DNA from: Spirochaetaceae bacterium
Lineage (GTDB): Bacteria > Spirochaetota > Spirochaetia > DSM-2461
Direction: 5' to 3'
Assembly (NCBI GenBank): GCA_051531975.1
Contig: JAOPTT010000002.1
Coordinates: 409,968-473,967, forward strand
Length of the DNA stretch: 64,000 bases
A program made the translations under genes and the position numbers. Within the stretch, counting starts at the first letter, position 1; each line of letters starts with the position of its first letter. The notes under the pieces are model-generated. The model was not told where the DNA came from and ran no database searches. It saw only the letters and a list, made by a program, of their open reading frames with translations. Of the stretch, positions 1 through 10,202 are shown one piece after another.

Positions 1-2
1 TG

Positions 3-527
3 TGTAATGCAAAGGCATTTAAACATTACCAATATAACAATGGAATAAGACACCAGTTATCCTGGATTTTAAGGGATGAATCTAAAGATGTTTTCCCACT
101 AAAACATCTACAATACGATACTAAAATTGATGATGATAACGGTGGAATATCTGTAGTTGAGATGATCTCATTACTTAAAGAGTGCAGAGTAATTTTGGAT
201 CGGGCACTAATGGGATCTAGAAACTCTATTGTAGTGGAAAGATTATTAGAAGATGATGCAAGATTCACCTATACCGAAGATATAATTCACTTTACCTACT
301 ACTTAATACAGGTGAACCTTCAAAGAAAAGCAAAAAACGAGTCACTAGCTGCGAACTCATTCAAACACGCAAAAAGATATGCAATCCAGTTAGAAAATAA
401 TACTCAAATGGTTAAAAAAACAAGACGCTTTGATCTGTTTGATAACGGTCTATTAGCGAGTTGGTGTGAACCTGTATACCGGAAATATCAATCTATTTAT
501 GACTCAACCAGGGATAGCAGATGTTAA
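3..527 (+). CDS. Hypothetical protein, 5'-truncated by window edge
   Basis: The frame of ORF 162..527 is open back to position 3 (CNAKAFKHYQYNNGIRHQLSW...); its stop overlaps the next ATG. Confidence 0.75.
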   Translation, partial: CNAKAFKHYQYNNGIRHQLSWILRDESKDVFPLKHLQYDTKIDDDNGGISVVEMISLLKECRVILDRALMGSRNSIVVERLLEDDARFTYTEDIIHFTYYLIQVNLQRKAKNESLAANSFKHAKRYAIQLENNTQMVKKTRRFDLFDNGLLASWCEPVYRKYQSIYDSTRDSRC

Positions 528-1471
528 ACGTTGGAATAATTGGAGCTGGTAAAATCAGTTTGCGGCATGTTGAAGCACTTAAGTCTATAGAAGGAGTTAA
601 TCTGATTTCGGTTGCGGATATAATATCCAAGCGGTCTGAATCTCTCTCTAAACTTTTTGGTGGTACATCCTATAAAGATTACAAAGTGATGATTACTAAA
701 GAGTCTATAGACTGTGTAATTATCAATCTTCCTCATAACCTCCATAAAGATTGTGCCATCTGGTGTGCAGGGCAAGGTATTAATATCTTTTTAGAAAAGC
801 CTATGGCCATAGATAGTAATGAGTGTAAAAAGATCATTCTGGAAACGGAAAAATTTGGAGTAAAGCTAGTTATTGGTCATGTTCAGCGTTATTTCCCAGA
901 GAATATTTTAGCAAAGGAGATTATAGATTCTGGGGAACTTGGAGAAGTAACTACGATTATGGATTGTAGAAATATAAATTACTTCTCTTCTGACAGACCT
1001 GCCTGGTTTTTAGACAAGTCAAGATCAGGTGGTGGAATCTTAATGAATTTTGGAGCTCATTCACTTGATAAACTTAAGTGGTTAACTGGTAGTAAGATAA
1101 AAAACATTTATGGAAAAGTTGGTAACGGAGAGATGGGCCATAACATAGAAGGACACGCCCAAGCCTTAGTTGAGATGGAGTGTGGTGTAACAGCGACTTT
1201 AAACTATTCTGGATATAAAGAAGTTACTAAAAATGAAACCATTATTCATCTGACCAAAGGGACACTAAAACTAGTTACAGGAAAAGGTCTTTGGAAAAGT
1301 ATCAACGGCGAGTATATCTCATTACCTGTTAAAAAGGTATTTGATCCATTTAAAAAACAGTTAGAAGAGTTTGTGGATCAAATAACTGGTTCAAAAACCA
1401 TTGTTACAGATGGTCTATATGGAAAAGAGATTATCTCTGCAATTGAGTCCATATATAACAACAATAAGTAA
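521..1471 (+). CDS. Gfo/Idh/MocA family NAD(P)-dependent oxidoreductase
   Basis: VGIIGAGKIS Rossmann motif, LEKPMA, GGGILMNFGAHSLD. Confidence 0.92.
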   Translation: MLNVGIIGAGKISLRHVEALKSIEGVNLISVADIISKRSESLSKLFGGTSYKDYKVMITKESIDCVIINLPHNLHKDCAIWCAGQGINIFLEKPMAIDSNECKKIILETEKFGVKLVIGHVQRYFPENILAKEIIDSGELGEVTTIMDCRNINYFSSDRPAWFLDKSRSGGGILMNFGAHSLDKLKWLTGSKIKNIYGKVGNGEMGHNIEGHAQALVEMECGVTATLNYSGYKEVTKNETIIHLTKGTLKLVTGKGLWKSINGEYISLPVKKVFDPFKKQLEEFVDQITGSKTIVTDGLYGKEIISAIESIYNNNK

Positions 1472-1482
1472 GGAGGTCCTAA

Positions 1483-2433
1483 ATGGCCGATTATGCAGTA
1501 CAACCGACAACACTAATGACAACAAAAAAGAGTGTGTTACTAAAAAGAATATATAAAGATCGATTTCTTCTAATACTATTTTTACCAACCTTTTTATATT
1601 TTTTTATATTTAAATATTTACCTATGTGGGGAATAATTATTTCGTTAAAAGACTTCAAACCTTTTTTAGGATTTAAAGCAAGTGAATTTGTGGGTCTTAA
1701 ACACTATATAGCTTTTTTCTCCTCTCCCGACTCATTTAAAATTATAAAAAATACCATGTTATTAGGTCTATTCTCTCTAGTTTGGGGTTTTCCACTTCCG
1801 ATAATATTTGCCCTGGTTTTAAATGAAGTAAAAACTTTAAAGTTTAAAAAGTTTGTTCAAACTGTAACATATATGCCCCACTTCCTATCCCATGTGGTTA
1901 TTGTAGGTATGATGATGTCATTCTTATCTCCAATTAGAGGACCAATTAATATTTTAATAGAGAGCTTAGGTGGCCCTAAAATGGACTTCTTTACCCAGCC
2001 ACAACTATTTAGAACACTCTATATTGCATCAGATATTTGGCAACAATTAGGTTGGGGTGCCATAATCTATCTTGCGGCACTAGCTGGGATTGATCCACAG
2101 CTCTACGAAGCAGCAAGAATGGATGGTGCGGGTAAGTTAAGACAAATCTGGAGTATTACCCTTCCTTGTATCGCTCCAACTATAATAACTATGCTCTTAC
2201 TAAGAAGTGGTGCCATATTTAGTGTTGGATTTGAGAAAGTAATATTAATGTATAATCCTGCTATCTACGATACAGCGGATGTAATTAGTACCTATGCATA
2301 TAGGCAAGGATTAGTTTCAGGAAATATAAGTTACGCAACAGCCATCGGCCTGTTTAACTCACTACTGAATCTTACACTTTTAACTATCACAAATAAATTG
2401 GCTAAAAAAACAACAGGTACGAGTCTGTGGTAA
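1483..2433 (+). CDS. Carbohydrate ABC transporter permease (LplB-like)
   Basis: TM helices, EAA loop (LYEAARMDGAG), AGGAGG RBS. Confidence 0.92.
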   Translation: MADYAVQPTTLMTTKKSVLLKRIYKDRFLLILFLPTFLYFFIFKYLPMWGIIISLKDFKPFLGFKASEFVGLKHYIAFFSSPDSFKIIKNTMLLGLFSLVWGFPLPIIFALVLNEVKTLKFKKFVQTVTYMPHFLSHVVIVGMMMSFLSPIRGPINILIESLGGPKMDFFTQPQLFRTLYIASDIWQQLGWGAIIYLAALAGIDPQLYEAARMDGAGKLRQIWSITLPCIAPTIITMLLLRSGAIFSVGFEKVILMYNPAIYDTADVISTYAYRQGLVSGNISYATAIGLFNSLLNLTLLTITNKLAKKTTGTSLW

Positions 2434-2447
2434 AAAGGGGAACTATT

Positions 2448-3314
2448 ATGAATAAAAAACAACCAATAACAATTTCTAGGATTATCAAAGTAGTCTTTCT
2501 ACTATTAATTCTATCTGCTTGTATCTATCCGTTTATCTATATGGTAGCAGTATCATTCTCGGATGATATCTATGTATTAAAGAGTCAGATTAGTTTCTAT
2601 CCTAAAGGATTTACACTGAAAGTTTACGACATTGTATTTAGTGATAAAAGAATATTTCAAGCTTATGGAAATACGATTATATACACTGTAGTTGGAACTA
2701 CTATCGCTATGGCTATTACATCTGCTGGCGGGTATGCAATGTGTAAAAAGAGAATTGTGTTCCACAGATTCTTCAATATAATGATTATAGTTACGATGTT
2801 TTTCAGCGGAGGCCTAATTCCAACATTCCTAACAGTTCGTTATCTAGGTCTATTAGATTCCATCTGGGCAATTGTATTACCAACCTGTGTAAGTGCATGG
2901 AACTTTATATTAATGAGAAGCTTTTTTGATAACTTTCCTACGGACATAGAGGAATCAGGACGAATTGAAGGATTAAATGATATTCAGATATTTATACATC
3001 TGGTTCTCCCTGTATCCAAGGCTGTAACTATGACTATTGGTCTATTCTACGCAGTAGCTATTTGGAACGCATACTTCTACCCGTTCATCTACCTATCTTC
3101 CCCTGAGAAGTTACCACTACAGGTTATATTAAGAGAGATATTAATGGCAGGTTCCAATAGTAACGAAGCTACTGGTGTAGGGGACTCCACTGTAGTAGAA
3201 GAGTCTTTAAAATATGCGACAGTATTAGTCTCAGTTGTACCGGTAATTGCCATATATCCATTTATACAAAAGTATTTTGTAAAAGGTGTAATGATTGGAT
3301 CGGTTAAGGGATAG
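2448..3314 (+). CDS. Carbohydrate ABC transporter permease (LplC-like)
   Basis: FSGGLIPT, EESGRIEG EAA-like loop, C-terminal YPFIQKYFVKGVMIGSVKG; ATG at 2448 follows AAGGGG. Confidence 0.92.
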   Translation: MNKKQPITISRIIKVVFLLLILSACIYPFIYMVAVSFSDDIYVLKSQISFYPKGFTLKVYDIVFSDKRIFQAYGNTIIYTVVGTTIAMAITSAGGYAMCKKRIVFHRFFNIMIIVTMFFSGGLIPTFLTVRYLGLLDSIWAIVLPTCVSAWNFILMRSFFDNFPTDIEESGRIEGLNDIQIFIHLVLPVSKAVTMTIGLFYAVAIWNAYFYPFIYLSSPEKLPLQVILREILMAGSNSNEATGVGDSTVVEESLKYATVLVSVVPVIAIYPFIQKYFVKGVMIGSVKG

Positions 3315-3318
3315 TTGT

Positions 3319-4092
3319 ATGAAAATATCAATCTGCAGTAGCTGGTTCAAAAATAGACCAGTTGAAGAAGTAATATCAATTGCAAACATATATGGATTAA
3401 GTGGAATAGAGCTCTGGTCTGGACATATTGATGACTACATTAAGAGATGTGGTCATCTTGATGGGTTAAAAAAGCTACTTAAAGAGTCTAAGTTGGCAGT
3501 AGTTGCGATCTCTCCCTATCTAAATTTTACTCAGAGCAAAGAGAGAACCGATGAGTCAGTTGCAGAAGCTAATAGATGTGCAAAATATGCAAGGTTACTT
3601 GATGCCTCTATTATCAGAATCTTTGTAGGGAATATCCCCTCTGCTAAAATGGTCAAGCAACAGTGGGAGATGAGTTATAGTGCTTTAGAGCAGATATGTC
3701 AAAGTAATAGTGATTTAACTTTTGCTCTAGAGACCCACTATAACCAACCTACAGATAGAGTTGAAGTGATTAAAAATCTACAGCAGAGAGTAGGATGCGA
3801 TAACTTAAAAGTTTTATTCGATGGTTTTAATTTCAGTATAGAGGATATAGATCAAGTTGAAGCGTTAGAGGCACTATATAATGATGTGGTTCATGTGCAT
3901 ATGAAAAACTACCTCTGGAAAGATAGAATCCCAACAACTCTGTTCTCAGGTGATGCAAACAATAAAGATATTGTATTAGAACTAATTAAACGGGGATACA
4001 AAGGATTTATCTCCCTTGAGTATTTTATAGAAGATTACCATGAAGTGCTTAATGGATCTGTTAGAGAGATAAAGGACCTTTGTAATGAGTAA
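3319..4092 (+). CDS. Sugar-phosphate isomerase/epimerase-like TIM barrel (AP_endonuc_2 family)
   Basis: GIELW, ALETH, LFD, HVHMKN, SLEY metal-ligand pattern. Confidence 0.85.
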   Translation: MKISICSSWFKNRPVEEVISIANIYGLSGIELWSGHIDDYIKRCGHLDGLKKLLKESKLAVVAISPYLNFTQSKERTDESVAEANRCAKYARLLDASIIRIFVGNIPSAKMVKQQWEMSYSALEQICQSNSDLTFALETHYNQPTDRVEVIKNLQQRVGCDNLKVLFDGFNFSIEDIDQVEALEALYNDVVHVHMKNYLWKDRIPTTLFSGDANNKDIVLELIKRGYKGFISLEYFIEDYHEVLNGSVREIKDLCNE

Positions 4093-5239
4093 GATATTGG
4101 TATGTGGAAAATCGATCTTTTCAGGTAGATCCATAGAGGTCTCTATAGTAGATGGAATAGTCGCATCTGTTTCGGAGTGTGAGGAGATGGGAAACTATCT
4201 ATCTCCAGGTTTTTTTGACCTGCAACTAAATGGTTATATTAGTTTAGATTACTCAACAAACTTAGCTGTGGAGCAAGTAGAAAAACTAATTCGTAAGATA
4301 GCTTCTAGTGGTACGACAAAACATCTTCCTACAATTATAACCAACACTGAGGAACAGATTATTAGTAGTATTAAACACATTATGAAAGCTAAAAATAGTT
4401 CATCTATTGTTAATAATGCAATTCCTGGATTTCATATAGAGGGTCCATTTATATCTTCTAAAGATGGAGCAAGAGGTGTACATAATCCTAAACATATTAG
4501 GAGAGCTGATTTAGATGAGTTTTTACGGTGGCAAGATGCTGCAGAGGGTTTAATAAAAATTGTAACACTATCACCAGAGGATGATGGTGCTATAGAGTTT
4601 ATTCATGAGATAAATAAAAGAGGAGTTATTCCAGCTATTGGGCATACTGCAGTTTCTGGAGAGTTTATAGATAGAGCAATAGATGCGGGAGCAAAATTAT
4701 CTACCCATATTGGAAATGGTTGTCCCGCTTTTATACCTAGGCTAGATAATTTTGTATGGAAACAGATATCAGATGATAGACTATCGGCCTCACTAATTTC
4801 AGATGGGTTTCATCTCCCATCTGAAGTACTTAAAAGTTTTTCACGAATAAAACAGCTTGGTAACACTATTTTAGTAAGTGATGCTGCAGCCCTTGCAGGA
4901 AATCCTCCAGGACTCTATAAGTGGGGAGATATGGATATCAGAATATTTAACGATGGGCATATGGGTCTTAATAACACAACAAATTTAGCTGGAGCTTCAC
5001 TTCTACTAGATCGGTGTATTAGTAATATGACAGACAAAACAGATTTTTCTCTAGAAGAGAGTGTTATGTGTGCCACAACTAATCCTAGTAGATTGTGTGA
5101 TTTTCCTATTTGGAATAATGAACCGATTGTAGGTGAGACTGCAAACTTAACTTCATTTAATATGATTAATAATAAATTAAATATTGGTAAAACAATCTAC
5201 CAAAATGATATTTTATTTAACAACGGGGGAAAAAATTGA
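4085..5239 (+). CDS. nagA: N-acetylglucosamine-6-phosphate deacetylase-like amidohydrolase
   Basis: PGFFDLQLNG, HIEGPFIS, GHT, THIGNG, DGFH, LVSDA, LAGA. Confidence 0.8.
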   Translation: MSKILVCGKSIFSGRSIEVSIVDGIVASVSECEEMGNYLSPGFFDLQLNGYISLDYSTNLAVEQVEKLIRKIASSGTTKHLPTIITNTEEQIISSIKHIMKAKNSSSIVNNAIPGFHIEGPFISSKDGARGVHNPKHIRRADLDEFLRWQDAAEGLIKIVTLSPEDDGAIEFIHEINKRGVIPAIGHTAVSGEFIDRAIDAGAKLSTHIGNGCPAFIPRLDNFVWKQISDDRLSASLISDGFHLPSEVLKSFSRIKQLGNTILVSDAAALAGNPPGLYKWGDMDIRIFNDGHMGLNNTTNLAGASLLLDRCISNMTDKTDFSLEESVMCATTNPSRLCDFPIWNNEPIVGETANLTSFNMINNKLNIGKTIYQNDILFNNGGKN

Positions 5240-5973
5240 ATATTTTTATAGATAAGAACAAAAAAGAGAGTGGAAAGGCAGCGGCAACTAAAGGTGCCTC
5301 TTTAATAAAAAATATTATGAGCAAAAAGCAGCATATAAATATTATATTAGCAACAGGAGCAAGCCAATTTGATATGCTTGAGAACTTAATAGATAAAGAT
5401 CTTGATTGGTCAAGAATTGATATATTTCATTTAGATGAATATATTGGAATTTCTGATAAGCATCCTGCAAGTTTTAGAAAGTATCTAAAAGAGAGAGTAG
5501 CAAATAAACTCCCTAATTTAAATAATTTTCATTATGTTAATGGGGATGTTGATGATCTGGATATAGAGTTAAAACGGTTAAACAAACTTATATCAGAAAT
5601 AGATATTGATGTTGCATTTATAGGAATTGGAGAGAATGGTCATTTAGCATTTAATGATCCTCCCGCTGATTTTGAAACTACTATTCCATATATAATTGTA
5701 ACGCTGGATAAAAAATGTAGAGAACAGCAATTTAATGAAGGTTGGTTCCCCACTCTAGACGACGTTCCCAAAAGTGCGATTTCAATGAGTATTAAACAGA
5801 TAATTAAATCTAAAAATATTATCTGTACTGTACCAGATCTAAGAAAGGCTGAGGCTGTTGCTGGAAGTGTAAATGGAGAAGTATCTAATTTATGTCCTGG
5901 ATCAATCCTCCAAACTCATGGTAGTACTTACTGTTTTTTCGATAATAAGTCCGCTTCACTAATAAAAAAGTAG
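5236..5973 (+). CDS. nagB: Glucosamine-6-phosphate deaminase family protein
   Basis: LATGASQ, FHLDEY, GIGENGHLAFNDP; TTG start after GGGGGA. Confidence 0.85.
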   Translation: MNIFIDKNKKESGKAAATKGASLIKNIMSKKQHINIILATGASQFDMLENLIDKDLDWSRIDIFHLDEYIGISDKHPASFRKYLKERVANKLPNLNNFHYVNGDVDDLDIELKRLNKLISEIDIDVAFIGIGENGHLAFNDPPADFETTIPYIIVTLDKKCREQQFNEGWFPTLDDVPKSAISMSIKQIIKSKNIICTVPDLRKAEAVAGSVNGEVSNLCPGSILQTHGSTYCFFDNKSASLIKK

Positions 5974-5980
5974 TTGTTTT

Positions 5981-6006
5981 GGACCCGGTACAATCCTATC
6001 GGGTCT
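5981..6006. terminator. Stem-loop immediately after the nagB stop
   Basis: GGACCCGGTA-caatcc-TATCGGGTCT inverted repeat; no clear U tract on + strand. Confidence 0.55.
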
Positions 6007-6326
6007 AACTCTATATATGCCCTAAATTTCTTTACTGCTGCTGAAAGGATTCTATATTTTGACAAGTAAAAAATCAAAAGAAAAGCAATGACATTTGATG
6101 CAATAGAATTTGTTCCTTCTTTCTCTAAGACTTTGTTTATAGTAACAATCATAAATATGATAAGTGTAATGAGCTGGCCGTCAGTCATTACTACTTCCAG
6201 AAGATGTCGAAATATAGCTGGATAATCCCGATTATCAAACTGTTTAATGTGCACAGCGTTTACAATACAACCTTCATCGAATAAGGTTCACGTTATTATA
6301 CCTGAACCGGCTTATTACTTAATTTT

Positions 6327-7544
6327 TTAATCGCAAGAGTAGTTGATATTTGGATATTTACATATGGCAGCTAAACCACCTTCAGCCGTCTCACGATACA
6401 AGGAAGGAAGATCATGACCTGTTTGCTTCATTACATGTACCACAGTATCAAAACTGACTCTATGAATACCATCGGAAAGTAGTGCGTGATCAGCACATGA
6501 GAGAGCTCTTTTAGCTGCAAAACTGTTTCTTTCAATACATGGAATCTGAACTAGACCACCAACCGGATCACATGTCAAACCCAGATGATGTTCAAGACCC
6601 ATTTCTGCAGCATATTCTATCTGTCTTATAGAACCACCTAACAATTGAGTAGCTGCAGCTGCAGCCATTGCACATGCGGAACCGATTTCACCCTGACACC
6701 CTACCTCAGCACCTGAAATTGACCCGTTAAACTTAATCAAGTTACCTATAATCCCGGCTGTAGCCAGAGCTTTTATAATAGCTTTATCTTTAATACCTTC
6801 CACTTTTTTTAGATACATTAAAACAGCAGGTAAAACGCCACATGCACCGCAAGTTGGGGCAGTAACAACTACTCCTCCACTGGCGTTTTCCTCAGATACA
6901 GCCAATGCAAATGAAGTTAACATTCCGGAACGTTTAAAATGAGTTCCGGCATTTTTACTACGGATTTTATATGTTGAAGCTTTTCTTGCCAGGCCTAACC
7001 CACCTGAAAGAACACCTTCCTCTTCCAACCCATTTTTTATGGATTTCTGCATTTTACCCCATATAGTTTCAAGAAATGAGAAAAAGGATTCATCTTCATT
7101 TTCAAAGACAAATTCCCAGAAACTTTTACCACTTTGTTCACAGTAATTCAGTATTTTATCCATTGATCTTAACTTGTATATATACTTTAAATCCACTTTT
7201 CCACCTGAAGAAAGCGCCCCACCACCTACGGAATAGACAGTCTGTTCGTTTATATAATCTTCATATACAGCACTAAATAACATACCATTGGGATGAAAAG
7301 GTAGATTTATTTCCGGTTTCCAAATTATCTGGGCTATTTTATCTTTTTGTAAATATATCTCTTTTATGGCAACATCGGTCATATGCCCTTTACCGGTAGC
7401 TGCAAGACTTCCGTAAAGAGTAACACTATAACTAAGTGCCCGAAGGTTATTATCAAGAAAAAGCATTGCAGCTTTTGCAGGCCCCATAGTATGACTACTT
7501 GAAGGTCCTTTACCAACCTTATATATATCTTTTATAGATTCCAT
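6327..7544 (-). CDS. sdaA: L-serine ammonia-lyase, Fe-S dependent, single chain
   Basis: GPSSSHT, LYGSLAATGKGH, SGAEVGCQGE, HHLGLTCDPV, QIPCIERN, YRET. Confidence 0.95.
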   Translation of the reverse strand: MESIKDIYKVGKGPSSSHTMGPAKAAMLFLDNNLRALSYSVTLYGSLAATGKGHMTDVAIKEIYLQKDKIAQIIWKPEINLPFHPNGMLFSAVYEDYINEQTVYSVGGGALSSGGKVDLKYIYKLRSMDKILNYCEQSGKSFWEFVFENEDESFFSFLETIWGKMQKSIKNGLEEEGVLSGGLGLARKASTYKIRSKNAGTHFKRSGMLTSFALAVSEENASGGVVVTAPTCGACGVLPAVLMYLKKVEGIKDKAIIKALATAGIIGNLIKFNGSISGAEVGCQGEIGSACAMAAAAATQLLGGSIRQIEYAAEMGLEHHLGLTCDPVGGLVQIPCIERNSFAAKRALSCADHALLSDGIHRVSFDTVVHVMKQTGHDLPSLYRETAEGGLAAICKYPNINYSCD

Positions 7545-7741
7545 TATTGGTCCATTCCTCTTCTTATAAATCCGTATTTAATTAATAGGATTAACTCATC
7601 ATCTAATACAACATAAAACTCGACATTGAAAGTTAGTATAACTTCGACACATTATTTAAGGTATCTTCTAGAACTTGCAGGGTGGGTATCAACAATACCC
7701 ATTCTGCTTTAAGAGAAAGTTATGTTTTATAACCTATGGCT

Positions 7742-8797
7742 TCAATCATCTACCTCAAACCAGACTTTAATATTTTCTCTAACAAACTGATCATCATTTA
7801 ATTCCGGATAGGTATTATATACTCTATCAATCTCTTCCATCTGGCCGCCGGAAAGTTCTCCATTTGGATTGAAACAATTAATTTCATCAAATATACCCTG
7901 CCTTCTTAGAACTTCATGAAGACCGGCAATACAGCCTTTAAATCCGTTTGCTGCATCAAAAAATGCGGCATTTGTATCTGTAATCTGTTGGGCCTTAATT
8001 AACAGATCCCTTGGGATAAAACGGGACTCTTTAGCTTTTTTTATCTCATCTAGCAGTTCTACTGCTTTTTTTGTCCAGACACACCAGTGTCCAAGAAGCC
8101 CGCCAGAAAAATTGAGTTCAACATCTCCAGATTCTGTTGTAAGAACATAAGGGGTTATTAAATCTATAACAATTGAATCATCATTACCGGTATAAAGTAT
8201 CAAATCTTGAGAACGTCCACTATCATTAACTGCCCTTAAAACATCAATTGTTTTATACCGGTTAAAAGGGGCAACCTTAATAGCTATAAGGTTTTTATCG
8301 ACCAGAACATCCATCCAGAAATTGTAAGATAACTCCGGCCCCCCTATAGCCGGTTGAAGGTAAAAACCTATTATCGGAATAATTTCCCCTATTTCGTAGT
8401 AGTGTTCAGCAAGCTCATTTGCACTTGTGAAAGAGGTAGGGGAGACCAGACCAAGATCGTAACCTAAGCTCTTAATCAGTTGTGCCTCTTTTTTTGCCTG
8501 TTCTGTTTTTCCGCAAAGACCTGCAACTTTAACTATCTCTACTCCATGCCTATACTCAAACTTTTGTATCTCATTCATAACAACTTCTAAAAATAAGTTA
8601 AATATTTCCGGATAGTCGCGAATTTCGAATTGTGTAGTATGAACGGCCGCAGCAATTCCCCCGGCTCCCGCATCAAGATAATACCGGACTAAGACACGTT
8701 GTCTTTTTTCATCAAATTGTAAATCTTTAGTTAATGCCAATGGCATTGCAGGAATAACTATTCCTTTTTTTAGAATCTTCTGTATATTTGTTATCAT
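7742..8797 (-). CDS. DHDPS/NAL-superfamily class I aldolase/dehydratase (uncharacterised subfamily)
   Basis: VIPAMPLAL, VHTTQF, FYLQPA, AIKVAPF (Schiff-base Lys), YTGNDD. Confidence 0.82.
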   Translation of the reverse strand: MITNIQKILKKGIVIPAMPLALTKDLQFDEKRQRVLVRYYLDAGAGGIAAAVHTTQFEIRDYPEIFNLFLEVVMNEIQKFEYRHGVEIVKVAGLCGKTEQAKKEAQLIKSLGYDLGLVSPTSFTSANELAEHYYEIGEIIPIIGFYLQPAIGGPELSYNFWMDVLVDKNLIAIKVAPFNRYKTIDVLRAVNDSGRSQDLILYTGNDDSIVIDLITPYVLTTESGDVELNFSGGLLGHWCVWTKKAVELLDEIKKAKESRFIPRDLLIKAQQITDTNAAFFDAANGFKGCIAGLHEVLRRQGIFDEINCFNPNGELSGGQMEEIDRVYNTYPELNDDQFVRENIKVWFEVDD

Positions 8798-8806
8798 ACT
8801 GTCCCC

Positions 8807-9862
8807 CTAGTATTTTCCATCCCGTGTTTCAAAATGTGTCGCTTTATTAAGTGTAGCCCCATTGTTCTGAATCCATAGCGCACTCCAGCGTATCATTGTA
8901 AGCAAAGGTATCCGTGGATACCCAAATACAGATGCAGCTTTGCTTGCGTTGTTTAGGAGAGCTGTATCTGATTCATTTCCAGTAAATATTGGTGTGATAT
9001 TAAACTCTTTACCAAACTGATTAGCTATATATTTTATAGATATTGTCTCAGGTCCTGTTATGTTTAATATATTAGCTGGATAAGTACTCTGTTGTAATGA
9101 AAGTAGTGCCATTCTTGCAACATCTCCCTGCCATATTACGTTTACATGCCCCATTGATAAATCTATAGATTCCTCATTTAGCACTTTTAACGCAATTTCG
9201 TGTAAAACCCCATAACGCATATCAATTGCATAGTTAAGGCGGAACATACATAATTCAGTCTGTTTTTTGTGACTATAATATTCAAAAATTCTCTCTCTAC
9301 CAACTGCGGAATTAGCATATTCCCCCATTGGGTTTATAGGATCTTCCTCTACTGCCCCACCTGAATTAATACTGCATAAATCGTAGACGCAACCTGTAGA
9401 GAAGACTACTATCCGGCTCTCTTTGAAGTGGGAAGCCACATTAGCAGGAACTACAGTATTCATGGCCCATGTTAATCCCTGGCCTGATTCTGTGCCAAAC
9501 TTTTTACCTGCCATAAATATAACATTTTTAACCTTTGGCAACCGGGAAACACCTTCCTGATCAAGAAGATCACATTTTATTGTTTCTATCCCATAGGATT
9601 CCAGTTCCAACTGAATCCCTTTATCTGAAAATCTTGAGACACCATAAACTTTTTTGTGGTTTTCACCTTGAATAATGGCATTACGTGCAAGAAAACCTAC
9701 ATGGCTACCAACCTTCCCACCTATACCAAGTATCATTATATCCCCATCTAAATTATCTATAAAAGATATCAACTCGTTATCAGGTGTTGAAATGAAATCA
9801 TCCAGTTCTTTAATATTATTGAATGATTGTGGGATATATATCCTTTTAAACTCTTTTTCCAT
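8807..9862 (-). CDS. NAD-dependent epimerase/dehydratase family protein
   Basis: ILGIGGKVG, FSTGCVY, EYANSAVGRE (YxxxK Lys absent); ATG at 9862 follows GGAAGGA RBS. Confidence 0.82.
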   Translation of the reverse strand: MEKEFKRIYIPQSFNNIKELDDFISTPDNELISFIDNLDGDIMILGIGGKVGSHVGFLARNAIIQGENHKKVYGVSRFSDKGIQLELESYGIETIKCDLLDQEGVSRLPKVKNVIFMAGKKFGTESGQGLTWAMNTVVPANVASHFKESRIVVFSTGCVYDLCSINSGGAVEEDPINPMGEYANSAVGRERIFEYYSHKKQTELCMFRLNYAIDMRYGVLHEIALKVLNEESIDLSMGHVNVIWQGDVARMALLSLQQSTYPANILNITGPETISIKYIANQFGKEFNITPIFTGNESDTALLNNASKAASVFGYPRIPLLTMIRWSALWIQNNGATLNKATHFETRDGKY

Positions 9863-9877
9863 ATTTCTATCCTTCCC

Positions 9878-9930
9878 AATTAAAACCAACTGGTTGGTTT
9901 TAATTTATCCCTAACGCCATTATAAGTCAA
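9878..9930 (-). promoter_or_regulatory. Sigma70 promoter with overlapping 28-bp palindromic operator
   Basis: TTGACT-N17-TAAATT; AATTAAAACCAAC-tg-GTTGGTTTTAATT at 9878-9905. Confidence 0.75.
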
Positions 9931-10202
9931 GGATAATAATAACTTAGTCTATGCAAAGACGATTGATAAAGAGTCTTTTATTTGTGATAGGAGGATATTA
10001 AACTTGAAATAAGTTAAGCTATTTTGAGCTTCGGATATATCTACAATAGACTCCAAGGTATTTTTTTACAAATAAGAATATATTATTGATCTCAATTTCT
10101 GTTAAGTCAATTACATCAATATCTTCATCCATATTAATATAACCGGGAGTAATATCTCCCAGTTTACTGATAATAGATGTAATAAAAATATGAGTATATA
10201 TT

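Noticed and set aside
5928..6254. 108-aa - strand ORF as a real gene
   Set aside because: Overlaps the nagB end and its hairpin, has no RBS and no recognisable family; at most a remnant.
7612..7652. Imperfect direct repeat (AAAACTCGACA / AACTTCGACA) upstream of sdaA
   Set aside because: Only two short imperfect copies; could be a regulator site but is not distinguishable from chance.
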